A DNA stretch of 64,000 nt from the human T2T-CHM13v2.0 reference genome, Homo sapiens: assembly GCF_009914755.1 (NCBI RefSeq), contig NC_060926.1. The stretch is one strand, 5' to 3'. The notes beneath the pieces were generated by a model. The model was not told where the DNA came from and searched no databases. It was given only the letters and a program-made list of their open reading frames with translations. Numbering within the stretch: position 1 is the first letter of the stretch; every line of letters starts with the position of its first letter. This document shows positions 12,100 to 28,197 of the stretch, one piece after another. A program made the position numbers and the translations under genes.

Positions 12100-13300
12100 T
12101 GCACTAAGATCATTCAGTTTCCATTTGGAAAGCCAGTGGCAATTACTGGAATACAATGTATCATGCATTTGCTCACTGGATATAAAATGTATATACTAAT
12201 TCGCAATAAAATGTAACAGCTGTCAGTGCATTTTCTGCTCTGTTACTTCAATAAATTGGAACTCTGACTAGAAAATGGGAATATTGCATTTTTACACACT
12301 CTGTAATGTGTTTGCTTTTTGCAAATACAATTTATTTTTTTCATGGCAAAAATTGTGGTTTGTTATTACTGCTAGTGGATAAATATTCCTATATCAGAAT
12401 GAATTACATATGGTATCTGTAAAGAAGTAGTAATATTTTCTGCTTTTTATTGTAGCCTGTCTCCAGTAAACAAAATACACTTAACCTACTTCTGTCACAC
12501 ACTGAGTGTGTGCGTGTTGTTTTATCTTTTTTTTTCCTTTTTTTTTTTCTTCATTGTAATGTGTGTGTGTGTTGGGGATAGGGAAAGAAAGTAAAAGTTT
12601 ATTTTTTACTGTACATTCTCAGGTGTCTGAGTTGATCGTTAACATTTATTTCCAGATATTATCAATTTCCTTCAGAGCTTATTTTTGTTGAAGTTTCAAA
12701 TCTCTTCTTTCATACATTTGCTAATCAGATTTCTTTAGAATCGGAAGCAGTGTCTCTGAGTTTTATTTAAAATAAAATGCCTGCACATTTCTGTAATTTT
12801 GTTACTTGAGGTCAGACTTTTCACAGATAATTAGCCTTTTACACACTGTGAAATCAACCTGCATTGGTTATTTGGCTAGACTCTTTGCTTCTGTTCTTAT
12901 TTCCCAGAAGGTTAACGTGCTGAAAATCTAGCTTCAAGCTCATAGTACTGTCTCTTTGTGTTGCTAATTATCCCGTTGCATAATTATTAATATCAGGAGC
13001 AGGAAGAGGAAACAAGCACACCAAATAGTCGTGAATGCTGGTGTTCTGGCAGGAAGCAAGCCCTGCATTAATAAAATGTGCCTGTGCCAATATCACAGGA
13101 GATAGGAGCGTTCCTTGTTAAGGATCATTTATTAACTGAGATCATCTTTTAGTTCGCCTTGGGGTAATGACTAATGTCAATGGCAAATTTCACAGTTGTC
13201 TAGAGAAATGAATTAAATTTGTAATAAAAAGCCCTTCGGCTTGTTGTACATGTTCATTTATTGGAGTAGTTGAACTAGGAGAACTGTAAGGCAACCAAGA
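12100..13300. promoter_or_regulatory. Candidate conserved non-coding/enhancer blocks (~12100-12480 and ~12640-13300)
   Basis: TE-free, complex AT-rich sequence with TAATTA/ATTAAT, CAATAAA, TGTCAG and TGTCAA motifs; conservation not tested. Confidence 0.5.
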
Positions 13301-16300
13301 ACATCGGCTTAATTTTCCTTACATATAATAGTGACCTTTAGCTCCATATTGAAAAAGTTACCTATTATGGACTGGTAAATTAAATGAGAAGTTCCTCTAA
13401 TGCAAAATAAACTAGATGACTGAGCTAAGTTAAACGGCCTTTGAGCCTATGAGATTCTTGGTAGAAAAATATTCTTTCTTTTTTTAATATGACTTTTCTA
13501 TTTAAGCATTTATAAAATTAGTCACTTGACATATAAGCAAGAGAATAAGATAATTCAAAGTGAGATTTCACAAAGAGTTACACCTACTTACATTACTACA
13601 ACTTCTTTGGGTGGTTTCATTTTGTGTTCTGATGCAGAGTTTTTAAAAGTGTTGTTTTAACATTCCTTAATTCTAAATATACAGCGTGTTTTTTTTATTT
13701 ACTTGGCATAACATGTTGTTACTGTAATTATTTATAGAAGTTTTTGTGTTGCTTTATGTAGTTAAGGAAAAGCATATTTCCCAGGAGGAAGAACAATTAC
13801 ACCACTGTCTCTTTTTCTGTTTTAGAAAGACTAATTCTGGATTCCTTTTCTGAGAGTGAATTGGACTTGGAAAACGATAATTACTTTTAAAACAAGCATG
13901 ATGACCAAGCATGGTATTCTCATTTTATAGTAGAAAATATAGAAGCGCCAGTCTTCTTATGCAATCTGTTATCTATACCGTAGTGCACTCGAAACAAATT
14001 ATCCTAATCAAGGCACCAGCCCAGCTAAGGATAGCAAGTGAAAAATGGACACTATTTTCAGGGAGTAAAGACAATTGCAATATTTATACAAATCAAAATG
14101 TAATATTTCTTTCAGAGAGGTAAATTCTCATCACATATTTTAAAACTTTAAGGTAATGTCTCAATATTTTCACCTCGAAATCATATTAGTGAAACATATT
14201 CACAGTCTTACAAAGCTTCATTCCCATTTACAGTGGGACTGACCATACTCAGACAAATACACACATGTGCACTACATGCCCTCCCACACTAGATGTGTTG
14301 CTGAAGATGAATAAAAATATCTGTGAGACTCATGGAAGATAAAAACAATAATAAAAAGACACAATCAGAAGTATGGTTAATTTTAGTTGCCCTTGTTTTT
14401 AAACACGTATGAAAATGCCTGCTTGAAGCTTATGCCTTCCAAAATTACAGGCTTATGGAACTATGACAAAATGCTGATTTTTTTCTCAATTGTAATTAAT
14501 TTTCCAATTACTTATGTTTATGTGTCCTCTTTTGAACCTAATATTCTATCTATGTTATACCAGCCGTTGTATCATCTACAAATGGGTGGAGTTGCCCCCA
14601 AATTATTTTGTCTCTCTGGCTTATTAGGTGTGCTATGGGGTGTACTATATGCTTATTCATGACGTAGGAGAACCCAAGAAATATGGACATCTTTTTCTCC
14701 TTAATGCAGATGCTCACAGCATTCTAATAAGGCCAGGAAAAGAGTTCCCAGTCCCCTTTTACCCACTCTCTCACCTCAGCCCTTTTCAGCACGTAACCTT
14801 ATTCTCTGTGGGATTACTTGGATGAAAACCAATTAGGGAGCAGCTCGCAATATAAATGCATACAGATTACTGCAGATTGAACATTCCCCATGCCAACTCA
14901 TCATAGAGTATATAATGCCCTGAATGGGATAAATATTAAAGAGTTGAACGGAAATAGACACAAAATATTGAGAAAAGACTCTGAATGCCAAATCAGGTCT
15001 AATAAAATATATTAACTAAAAGTGTGGACTTCTCTTCACCCCACCTCCCACGGCCCTCCTGTTCTCTGCTTTTTGTGGAGATAGGCCCACAGGCCTCCTG
15101 AAGTGTGTTCTCCTCCGCTAATCCTTCCACAATGGTCCACATGAGTTTCTGAGGGGTCCCTCATGCCCTTCATTCTATGTCTGTCAATTTCTGTCTAATA
15201 AGCCAGTCTCCCTCCCTGCTTCTTCCAGAGGGCCTCATTCTCAAGCTGGGAGGGGACAGCTGTCTCAAAGGCCTGGACAGCTCTAAGAATTACTGAATGG
15301 GCAAATCAGTATTTAGCGACCATGCTTTTGAGCATGCTTATTGGAATAAGTGCAGCAAAAAAACCGGCAGGGGAGGGAAATGTATAAAGGTCCTCCAGTT
15401 AGGACTTCTGGGACGTGGTTTGGAAGGCTAACTTGGAGTCCCAGAGAAACTGCAACCAAAGTTAATGATTAATGTAACACTTTTGAATGATAGAGTGATG
15501 GCGATCAGCTTGGAAGCTTTTTTTTTTTTTTTTTTCAGTAACCAGAGGGAGCAAAGGGGTTTTTCTCTTTCTCTCCACACCTCTCTCAATGTAATTGTCT
15601 TTCCATGCTCTCTCTCTCCACTTCCATTAATTAGAATATATTGACAGTGTGCAAGCTAAACACACTAAAACATTAAGGTTATACCAATACTTTTTGGTTA
15701 CATATTCAGACCTTTTTTTTTCCTCCCTTAGATCTGTCTCCCTAATGATATTGCATATGCTAACTTCTTACTCAGATAGAAAGAAACATTCCCAGACTTC
15801 ATGTGGACTATTTGATTCCTGGGCATAAAGTTCCTATTAAAGTGGACCCAAGTTTCATGATCCTAGGTATAGAGTGAAATGAATCACTGTGCATAATTAA
15901 TCATCATCATTATTCACTCAGTTCTTTCCATTGGCCCTTTGTGAGAAGTCCAGCGAGTCATAAATCCAAGAGGATGGGGAGTTTATTCAAAAGTGATTGA
16001 AAGAGTCTGCAGGTTTTGGCCAAAGACTGGTGTGGCCCCTTTGAACTTACACCTTTCTCTTCTCCATTTTTCAGTTTCCACCTATGGCTTCACTTGGCAG
16101 GTCACAAGCTAAAATGCTTTTCATGGGATCAAAATCTGTGACCATTGCAAATTAGAATACTGGAAGGAAGAGGCGAATATACTATTTTTTCCATACACTG
16201 TAGTATTAAAATGACATTTCTAAGTGTTTTAAATAGCTAAGTGGGAAGATGTTACCTGAAAACAGAATTGTTCTTACGAAGTTGTATCTCAGGAGAATAG

Positions 16301-16474
16301 AGCTTTATGACTAATGAAACTCTATAAAGAAAATTCTGGGGTTAGAGACACAAAATATATGTTTTTCACACCCTTTTCTTTCACTACATACTCTTTTTTT
16401 TTTTTTTTTTTTTTTCCCTATTACTCAGCATCACTCCTTTGACCACGACAGGGAAGATCCACTGGGAAGGATCT

Positions 16475-17040
<566 letters not shown>

Positions 17041-17149
17041 TTTGTTGACAAAGAAAGAAGCAAGGCATAGGTGCCTACAATTGTTATTTAAATTTTTGGG
17101 GTAACCTATAGACAATGCAATAACTCAATAAAAGTAAATAAGTGTTCTA

Positions 17150-18930
<1,781 letters not shown>

Positions 18931-19429
18931 AGATTCTGTAGTGTTCCAGTTTGAGTGAAAGCAAGAACTATGGAGTGTGATAATCCTATCATAGTAAACC
19001 TGCTCTTCCAGATAGTAATTCTTAGTAGTTTCTACAATAACAAGAGAGATTTTGTCTTGGCATCGTCACATAGTCTGTTTTCTCTGCTAGGAACATATTT
19101 TCATATCTCCCTCCACTCTCATGGCCTATGAGATTTTAATATCCTTTGTACCCCCATTTACATGTGAGTTCCTTAAAGAGCCTACTTTGTCAATGTAACT
19201 AATAAATACTCTCCCTTGGTTCATTTCCTTTATAAATTGACACTTAATTTGCACATAAGTATGTTTCCTTGCATAGCATTTGTTATTCAATAGAGACTGT
19301 AGGTTTTCTTGGAACATGGTCCCTGAAAATGTGCTCATCACCATACACCTGGTGACTCCACAAGGACTGGCATCTGGCAGTTGCTCAAAAATAGTTGTCA
19401 GCTTCAGGAATGACTAAGTTAGCTGTGAT

Positions 19430-19590
19430 ACGGTGGTCAGATTCTGATTGCTAATCCTCATTATTGTCATCTTGAGAATTAGAAGACGGTTTTCCTCATG
19501 GGGTTGTTATAAAAACAAAGTGAGATAATATTTACCAAGTGCTTAGAACACGGTGGTTGCTAGGATTAAACTTATGTATTACTAATTTAT
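19430..19590 (+). mobile_element. MIR remnant
   Basis: 'ctcatggggttgttataaaaacaaagtgagataatatttaccaagtgcttagaaca'. Confidence 0.6.
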
Positions 19591-19769
19591 TACATAATGA
19601 TGATTACAATAAGGGAAAGAAGAATGTTTAGAGGTTTAGAAATAGACAATTTTAAAAGTGATTTAAAAAACCATAAATTTCAGAAATAGCTTAGAATGTC
19701 CTGCCCTATGGCAGGGTGGGGACAAGGTTGGGGTGGTAATAGGCAAACTGGATTACTTTCTTGTTTTCT

Positions 19770-22255
19770 GAATCTTCCTACTCCGATAGTGAAAACCATG
19801 GTTCCCAGGATTGTTCATTCACTTGCGTAATTGCTCAATTCCAGTATACGTGCACAATGGTATCAGAATTGTTAACCCATATGTCCATGGGTAAAACACT
19901 TTATCAACAAGAGTATAACAACCACATACAGTTCCTTTTCCATTTAATCTAATAAATTTCACTCACTCCAAAGTTACTTAGGTTAATGCCATTTTCCCCA
20001 CCGCCTTCAGGGAGATTCTTTCCCACATTCATAACATGATTAGACTCTCTTGTCACTCTCCATACCATCCTGGAAACCACTAATCTGTTAACCATCTCTA
20101 ATGTTTTGTCTCTCTCAGATGTCATGTAATATACAATATATAACATTTACAGCCTAGCTCCTTTCACTTAGCAATGTGTATTTAAGATTTATCTACATCT
20201 TTTTATGAATTGAAAGCTCATTTCCTTTTATTTCTAAATAACAAATATTCCATTATGTGTATGTACTACGTTTTGTTTACTCATTCACCTATAGAAGAAA
20301 ATATTGGTTGCTTCCAGTTTTTGGTGATTATGAATAAAGATGATATAAACATTTATGTGCAGGCTTTTGTATGGACATATTTTCAAATCAGTTGGATAAA
20401 TACCTAGGAATCCAATTGCTGGATCATATGGAAAGACTATGTTTAGATTTCTAAGAAATTGCCAAACTATCTTCTGAAGTGTCTATACATTTTGCGTTTC
20501 CACCAGCAAAGAATAAGATCTCCATATCCTTGCTGTCATTTGATATTTTCAGTGTTTGGATTTTAGCGATTTTAATGTGTATTGCTATTTCATTGTTTTA
20601 TTTGCAATTCTCTAAGTACCATTGATATTGAGCATATCACATATGTATATTTACTATCTTATATCTTTGGTAAGATGTCTGCTCGGATCTCTTACCTATT
20701 TTTAAAATTGGTTTGGTGATTTTAGATATTGAGTCTTACATTTCCTTGTATGTTATATATACATAAAGAACATTCAAGTTCTTTATAAGATATATGTTTT
20801 GAAAATATTATTTTAAAGCTGATTGCTTGTCTTGATTCTTTTAACACTGTCTTTCACAGAATACAGGTTTTCAATTTTAATAAAGTAGTCAAACCAAATT
20901 TATTTTCATGAATTTTGTTTTGTGTGTTGTATGTAAAATATCACTATTAAACCCAAGGTCACATAGATTTTTCTCCTATATTTTCTTCTAGAAGTTTCAT
21001 AATTTTGCATTTTCCATTTAAGTATATGTTCATTTTGAATTAACTTTGTGAAAAGTGTAAAGTCTGTGTCTAGTTTCTTTTTTTTAACCATAAACGTCCA
21101 AAAGTTTCAGCAACATTTAATGAAAATAAATGTTTTTTCTCGTTTGTCAAAGTTCAGGTAATATTTGCATGGGTCCGTTTTGGGCTTTCTGTTCTTTCAC
21201 ATTGGTTTATGTATCTGTTTTTCTGCAAATACCATACTGTCTTAACTATTGTAGCTTTTAATTATGTCTTCAAATTGATTATTGTGAGTCCTCTTACTCT
21301 GTTATTCTTCAGTATTACATTGGCTGTTCCAAATCTTTGGGCTTTTTTACATAAAGTGTACAATCGGTTTGTTGATAACCATAAAATAGCCTGCTGGGAT
21401 GTTGATTGAGACAGTATTGAATCCGCAGATCAAGTTGGGGAGGACTGATGTATCACCATATTATTGATTTTTGACATATTATTGAGTTTTTCAATGCATG
21501 AACATGCAGTATATCACAATTTATTTAGGTCTTTAATTTCCTTTATCAGAATTTTGTAGTTTTGCGCATTATAGATCCTGTACCTGTTTCGTTAGATGTA
21601 TGCCTATGTTGGTCTTTCTTTCTCTTTCTTCCTTTCTTTCTCTTCTTTCCTTCCTTTCTTTCTCTGCTTTTCTGCCTTCCTTCCTTTCTTTCTCTCTCTC
21701 TCTCTCCTTTCTTTCTTTCTTCTTTCTTTCTTTCCTTTCCTTCTTTTCCTATCATAAACAATATTTTTTAAAAGTTCAAGCTCCAACTATTCATTGTTGG
21801 CATACAGAAAAAAATTTACTTTTGTGTATTAACCTTGTATCCTGCGCTTTACTATACTTGCTTATTAGTTCTTGGAGGCCTTTTCCTTTTATAAGTTTTT
21901 AAATCCATTATTTGGGAATTTCTATAGAGATGATTATGTCATCTGTTAATGAACATAATATTATTTTTTCCTTCACAATCTGTATGTGTTTTATTTCATT
22001 TCCTATCTTATTAAGCCAACTAGGACTTCCAGTACACTGTTGAATAGAAGTGGTGAGAGAGGACATCATTGCTTTGGTCATAATCTTGGAAGAATGTGCC
22101 CAGTTTTTCATGATTAATTATAATATTAGCTGCCAATTTTGTTAGATGTTCTTTATTGAGTTGAAGAGGTTCTCTAGCATTTTTTTATTGCTCCAAGTTT
22201 TTATCATATATGGATGTTGACTTTTTCAAATGCCTTTTCTCTAACCACTGCATGA
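19770..22255 (-). mobile_element. L1MC/MD-like fragment (3'UTR plus ORF2 remnant)
   Basis: Antisense L1 motifs 'ggttgcttccagtttttggtgattatgaataaag', 'attgctggatcatatgg', 'ctaggacttccagtacactgttgaatagaagtggtgagagaggacatc'. Confidence 0.9.
21613..21750. repeat. (TTTC/TTCC/TC)n polypyrimidine microsatellite inside L1
   Basis: About 138 bp almost purely C/T. Confidence 0.95.
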
Positions 22256-22856
22256 TTTTTTTCTAATTTGTTTCTTCTATTGAGTTAAAATTTGTCAATT
22301 AGGAATCATCAGAGATAACAAGGATATTTCTCATTCCATATCTTTCTGAAGGTTACCAGCCATTTAAAGTTTTATGTGAATTGATTTATTGATTACTTTC
22401 TTTCTCATTTGTCATTTTTCTTGGAAGGCTTTATCCCTTATCCATAAAATGGTACAAGAAAACTATGTATCTCATAAAATTATGGTAAGAAATAAGTAGG
22501 CAAATAGCTATGAAGCCTTCAGAAGAATGAATATTCCATAGAAACAACTCAGTCAATATTTCTTATGGCTATCATTATGAATGCAAACATTATAATAGTT
22601 TTTATTTATTAAGTTTAATGCTGGGCAGATTTTGATAGGTAGTTAATGCTTAGATGACGGTCTATCCTGAGGGGCAGTACACTTGCGGGAAATATAAAGA
22701 CAGTGACCACCTGAGGTACTGAATAAGTAGTGGAAAGGTTCCTAACACAAATTAAATATTTTTAATGTGTGCCCAGATTTGTCTCTGAAGATGGAGACTC
22801 CCCACCTCTCTGTTGCTCCATTTGATCCCTGCTGACATGCTCTTGTACACAAATGA

Positions 22857-23267
<411 letters not shown>

Positions 23268-24327
23268 TGGAACATACATTTTCCAAAAGTCCCAGACTGA
23301 GGCCACGGAAATGAAACTAAGCCCCCACCAAGAACTGGCTCATCAAATGTCAAATGAAACAAATATTACACTTAGGTTGCAACCCTCTCATTCATATAAC
23401 TTGTTTTCATTTTGGGTTATGTCCTGCTTTTGAATGATTTTTTTTATCATTTGTGGCTTTGGCTGTACTTTATGTGAATTTGACGCATTCAGGGACAGTC
23501 TATCAAATTTAAAATACAGAAAGCCAAACAAGGATATAGGAAAGGCCTAAGGAAGAGCTTGAACGGTAAAGATAGATGCAGTTTATTTTTTTAATTCTGA
23601 GAAACAAATTATATTTTGGCAGACAATTATTTTTCAAACCATTTCAAATTTTACTAACCATTTTTCTCTCTTATGTGCTCAAACTATGGTGGAACTTTCA
23701 TTATTTCCACAATTCAGGTTCTTCCACTCGGGAAATGCAACAATTACTGCATTGGGAAAAGGAAGAATGCCTTTCTGAAGAGAAGCTGCCATCTGCAGCT
23801 CGGCTAGGATTTGTCTTGGATGCTACTACCATTTGTAGACTTGTAATATCTTTCTAATTGCAGTTGCTGTTGACTTACAGCAAAACAGCAGAATACTTGC
23901 TGGCCATGGTCTATAAATGAAAGCAAAAAAAAAAAAAAGACAGGAAAAATCAACTAGTGGTTAGTACAACAGAAACTGAAACATAGTATTATAAACTTTA
24001 TCTTTTTGTATAAATTTTTAATTGTCTGTATCAATGGAAAACAGGTCTGCCAATCAACTGATCCACTATTTTTCCCCAAATTTAATTTAGTCAGCCATTT
24101 GAACTATTCTACCAAAGCTGCTAAAAATCCAAAGGAAGGGATTTAAACGTTCTTACCTTGCTCTAGTCTAGATTTACTAGCCAGCATTTTACTGCAAAAG
24201 AGAAAGAGGCCATGTATCTTACCCCAAATATCCAACAAACATTTAGGATTTTGAAACCTTGATTTGTCTATAATATTCATAAATACTAAGTTTCTCTTAT
24301 TGGCTAAATTAATACGTAAATATTAGT

Positions 24328-24565
24328 TGAAATGGTTAAGTGCAGATGCAATTCGACTTGCCTGAATCTGAATGTTTGTTACACCACTTAGTCACTGGGT
24401 GAGAAAAATGTGTTACATAACCTCTCTGAGCCTTAAATCCTTACATCCATTGTAACTCTTGGACACATAGCATCTGCATTGTAGGACTGTTGCATAATTA
24501 AGTGAAATGATTCATGTAGGATGCTCAGAACCATGTCTTCTGCATAGTAGGTCCTCATTAAACAT
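24328..24565 (+). mobile_element. MIR, near full length
   Basis: 'aatggttaag...gttacataacctctctgagcct...taggactgttgcataattaagtgaaatga...catagtaggtcctcattaaaca'. Confidence 0.8.
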
Positions 24566-25104
24566 TTTTTAAAAGATGGAGCCAAATTTTGCACCTTAAA
24601 GCTTTGTAGTATTCTACATGCCCCACATTTTTTTCCCTTGAGGACACAAAAGAAATCCTGGTTTCTTTGTTTTTCTTCCTGAATTCTTGCTTGGATTTAA
24701 TTTTCTTTTCAGACCAAATTAGGGTGTGTTTAGTACAGAACCATACAGCATCAGATGGATTTTCGTTGGAGCAACTGAAACTTCATGTGCAGCAGCCTTT
24801 GTTCTGAATGTAATAATAAAATGTGAAGTTACGTTCAGGTGAAAGTAGGGCAGGCCTGCCTTTTAGAGATTTAAAAAAATAACAAAAAATGCCCCAATTC
24901 TCTTTTCACTGTTATAGAGATAGCAAGAAACCTCAAAAATATCTATCTCAGATCATCTTAAAAACAGAAGTTCTATAAAGAATATGGATAATGCCACCTG
25001 CATGGTTTTCCTTCCAAAATCATGAAGGCCTAATTAATGCATTCCAGGTTTTGTAAACTAGCTGTATTTCATTCTATCAAGTCATGTACCGGCATACCAC
25101 TAAT

Positions 25105-25150
25105 TGATTATGATCTTGTTTTTACTATGATTATGATCTTGTTTTTACTA
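25105..25150. repeat. Perfect 23-bp tandem duplication
   Basis: tgattatgatcttgtttttacta x2. Confidence 0.95.
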
Positions 25151-25694
25151 GCCATAGATAGTTTAAAGACCCACATGAAGACCTGTATTTGTGTCTCATG
25201 TGATACACATTAGGAATTTTATAAGAAAAATAAAAATTAAATGTCATGAAACATTTTATAGTTCACTACTGTTCACTAATTAGTAAGTGATTTATATGAG
25301 AACATGATTACTTTTACTTTAATTAATCTGGTTACCTAAAAATAGAATATTAAGATCAAATTATTTTTACTAATGTTGAGAAAGATAGCTCTATTCAGAG
25401 CTGAGACAAACCATTTTCCTATACTGTCTACACAAAGCTAGACACACAGCTGAAATATACAGCATGTTGATAATGGATAAGAAATGATTAGAGACTTTGT
25501 GTTCAGTATGACAGTAGAAAAGCATATAGAAACAAAGGAGAAAAGGTTTATGCATTTTTCCTAAATCTATGTGTGTGTGTGTGTATTTGGATACATACTT
25601 TACATGCCTGCACACACATTCACATGCAGACACAAGCACACACACTCATCTGTATTCTCAGGAAGACACAAAGCTGGCTACTACATAACTGTTA

Positions 25695-25855
25695 TTTGAT
25701 GAACATTTTCTGAATGCACTGCATGCAATTATTATTGGTATTATGTTTCACATTTCTGTAAGCACCAACATCATGCTCTGAGCCATGCAGAATGACGGAA
25801 CAGTACATCACATCTGCCCTGTAGGCTCACAATCTCAAGTCAAGAAACTGACAAA
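25695..25855 (-). mobile_element. L2 remnant
   Basis: 'catctgccctgtaggctcacaatctcaagtcaagaaactgaca' resembles the antisense L2 3' end. Confidence 0.45.
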
Positions 25856-27310
25856 TATGCTAAGCCTGGGGAAAGGGGGAGAAAGACGGGGACTAGTATT
25901 GGGCAGAGATTAGGAATATATAATACCACAGAATTCGTTTCAATCATCTTCGGTTCTTTGTTGTGATTTAGCTTTAGTTTCAGACAAAAGAAATATATCA
26001 TTAGTGGACCTTTGTGAAACAGAAACATAAATAAGGGAATGAGGAAATAACTCAATGTGTAATTAGTTGAATGTTCTTAGCAGTAAGGCACATATATAAA
26101 ATTATATGACTATAGGAGTGAAATAAATGAGTAGAAGTGACAAATGATATTGAAAATACACCAAAAGAAAGTTAGAGTGGGGCAAATATAAGCAAGGAAG
26201 ACCTGTGGCTATGTCTGAAAGACTATAGGAAATATATGCTTATTTATTTATGGGAGTCAAAGAAAGTCAGTCATTTTAGAAGATGATTTCCATATATGTG
26301 CTTGTGCATATATCTAAAGACTCATTTAGAATGTTCCTGAGAACCTATGACCTTACTGAGGGGTGGGTCAGTTTAGTTCTCCATGCCTGTGTTCGCCTTA
26401 GCTCGGACTGTTAAAATAAGTAAATATATACAAGATATCTTGAGGCCATCTTACCTGCACCCATACCTTTTTGTTAATTGTGAACTGCTACCTAATCATT
26501 ACGTGTGATATGTTTTTGCTCTGCTTTCGGGATGTTCAATTTTGCTAAATCAAAATAAAAATTTGTTTATCATGAGTCATAGACATGCTGTTGTGAGAAG
26601 AATTTATATTTTCAAAAAGACAGGTTATAACATGGAGGCACATTCAAATGCCTAATTTGTTTTTCTTTCATGCCCATTATGTTTTCTTTCTTTTCAAAGA
26701 AGAGAGAAACAAAAGCACCGGCTGAAATAATAGTAATAATAATAAAATAACAATCTCTGTCATTTTTGCTAGCCATTAGCAAACTACTGACTCCATCATT
26801 ATTCAATTTCAATCAGGTCACGTTGAGTCAATAAGAGTTCTTGATTGTTGTGGGTGCTGTAGAGAGCAACAAGAAACAAATTCTCTGAAAATCTAATCAT
26901 TCAGGATGTAGTGTGTTGACTAAAGCCAGACTTCTATTAGTTAAGCATTACATCAGCGATTAAAAGTCTTTTGGGGTGTGGAATCGGGCAGCGTCACTGG
27001 AGCTGAGAGCCAATCTGTGAGGGCTCCTAGGGCAGGCACATTCGTCCCTCACTGCTATTGCAACTTTGGCCCATGCTGCCCCATATTAGTGCCTGCTGCA
27101 GTTTTAAGAACATCAGAACCCATCGGCCAACCTCCAGGGAGGCACCCCTCTCCCTGGTTGCTTAGGGCCGAAAACCCCGACCCTCATGTTTTTAAAGAGA
27201 ATTGGAATCCTATGTGAATAAGGTGAGGAAAAGATGCAAATATATAAATATATATATATTTCAAGCATTGTTTTGGTTCTGTTTTGCTTGGAGGTTTTTC
27301 TTTTCATTTG

Positions 27311-28047
27311 TTTTAATAAATTTTATTGTGTATATTTAAGGTATACAAAATGATGTTTTGAGATGCATATATACAGTAAGATGATTACTATAGTGAAGCA
27401 AATGAACACATTCATCATCTCACAGAGTTGCCCATTTTCCCCTCTGTGGCAAAAGCAGCTATAATCTACTCATTTAGCAAAAATCCTGAATACAGTCCAC
27501 TGTAACTCTAAATAATAATGACAGTCCTTATGCTGTATGTTAGAGCTTTAGAATGTTTATTCTACATATCTGTTACTTTTCCTTTAAGCTATATCTTCTC
27601 ATTTTCTCCAGCCACTCTCAACTCTGGAAACCATGGATTTATTACCTATCTCTGTATATTTGACTTAAAAATTCCATATAGAAAGTTATGCAATATTTTT
27701 CTTTCTGTGTCTGGCTCATTTCACTTAGCATATTTTCTCCAGGTCACCTACACTGTGGCAAATTACAAGATCTCCTTCTTTTTTAAGGCTGAATAATATT
27801 CCACACACATACACACTACACACACACACACACACACACACACACCCCACAGTTTATTTGTTCATTCTTCTGATGATGGGCACTTAGGTTGATTTTATAT
27901 CTTGGCTATTGTGAATAATGCTGCATTGAATACAGGAGTGCAGAGATCTTTACAGCTGGAAACTCCGTTTTCTTTTGGTGTATACCCAAAAGGGAAATTA
28001 TTTTTAATTTCTTTACGAACCTCCATATTATTTTCCATAATGGCTGT
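27311..28047 (-). mobile_element. L1MA9-like 3' end with internal (CA)n
   Basis: 'aattttattgtgtatatttaaggtatac...gattactatagtgaagcaaat...ttttaaggctgaataatattcca...ttccataatggctgt'. Confidence 0.9.
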
Positions 28048-28109
28048 GTTTTATGTCTTTGTACCACCTAAAATTCTTTCTGGAAGAAAGGAGAACTATA
28101 AAGAAATAA

Positions 28110-28197
28110 AATTCATAGTCACCTTTGTATCGTCCATAGCATCTTGCACGGGATTGTACTTGTTATAAGATTAATAAGTGTATACTGAATAAATGAA
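28110..28197 (+). mobile_element. L2 3' end remnant
   Basis: 'cacctttgtatcgtccatagcatcttgcac...taataagtgtatactgaataaatgaa'. Confidence 0.5.

Noticed and set aside
24150-26460. Isolated strong minus-strand splice donors (cttacct at ~24152 and ~26450)
   Set aside because: No convincing paired acceptors; expected by chance in 64 kb
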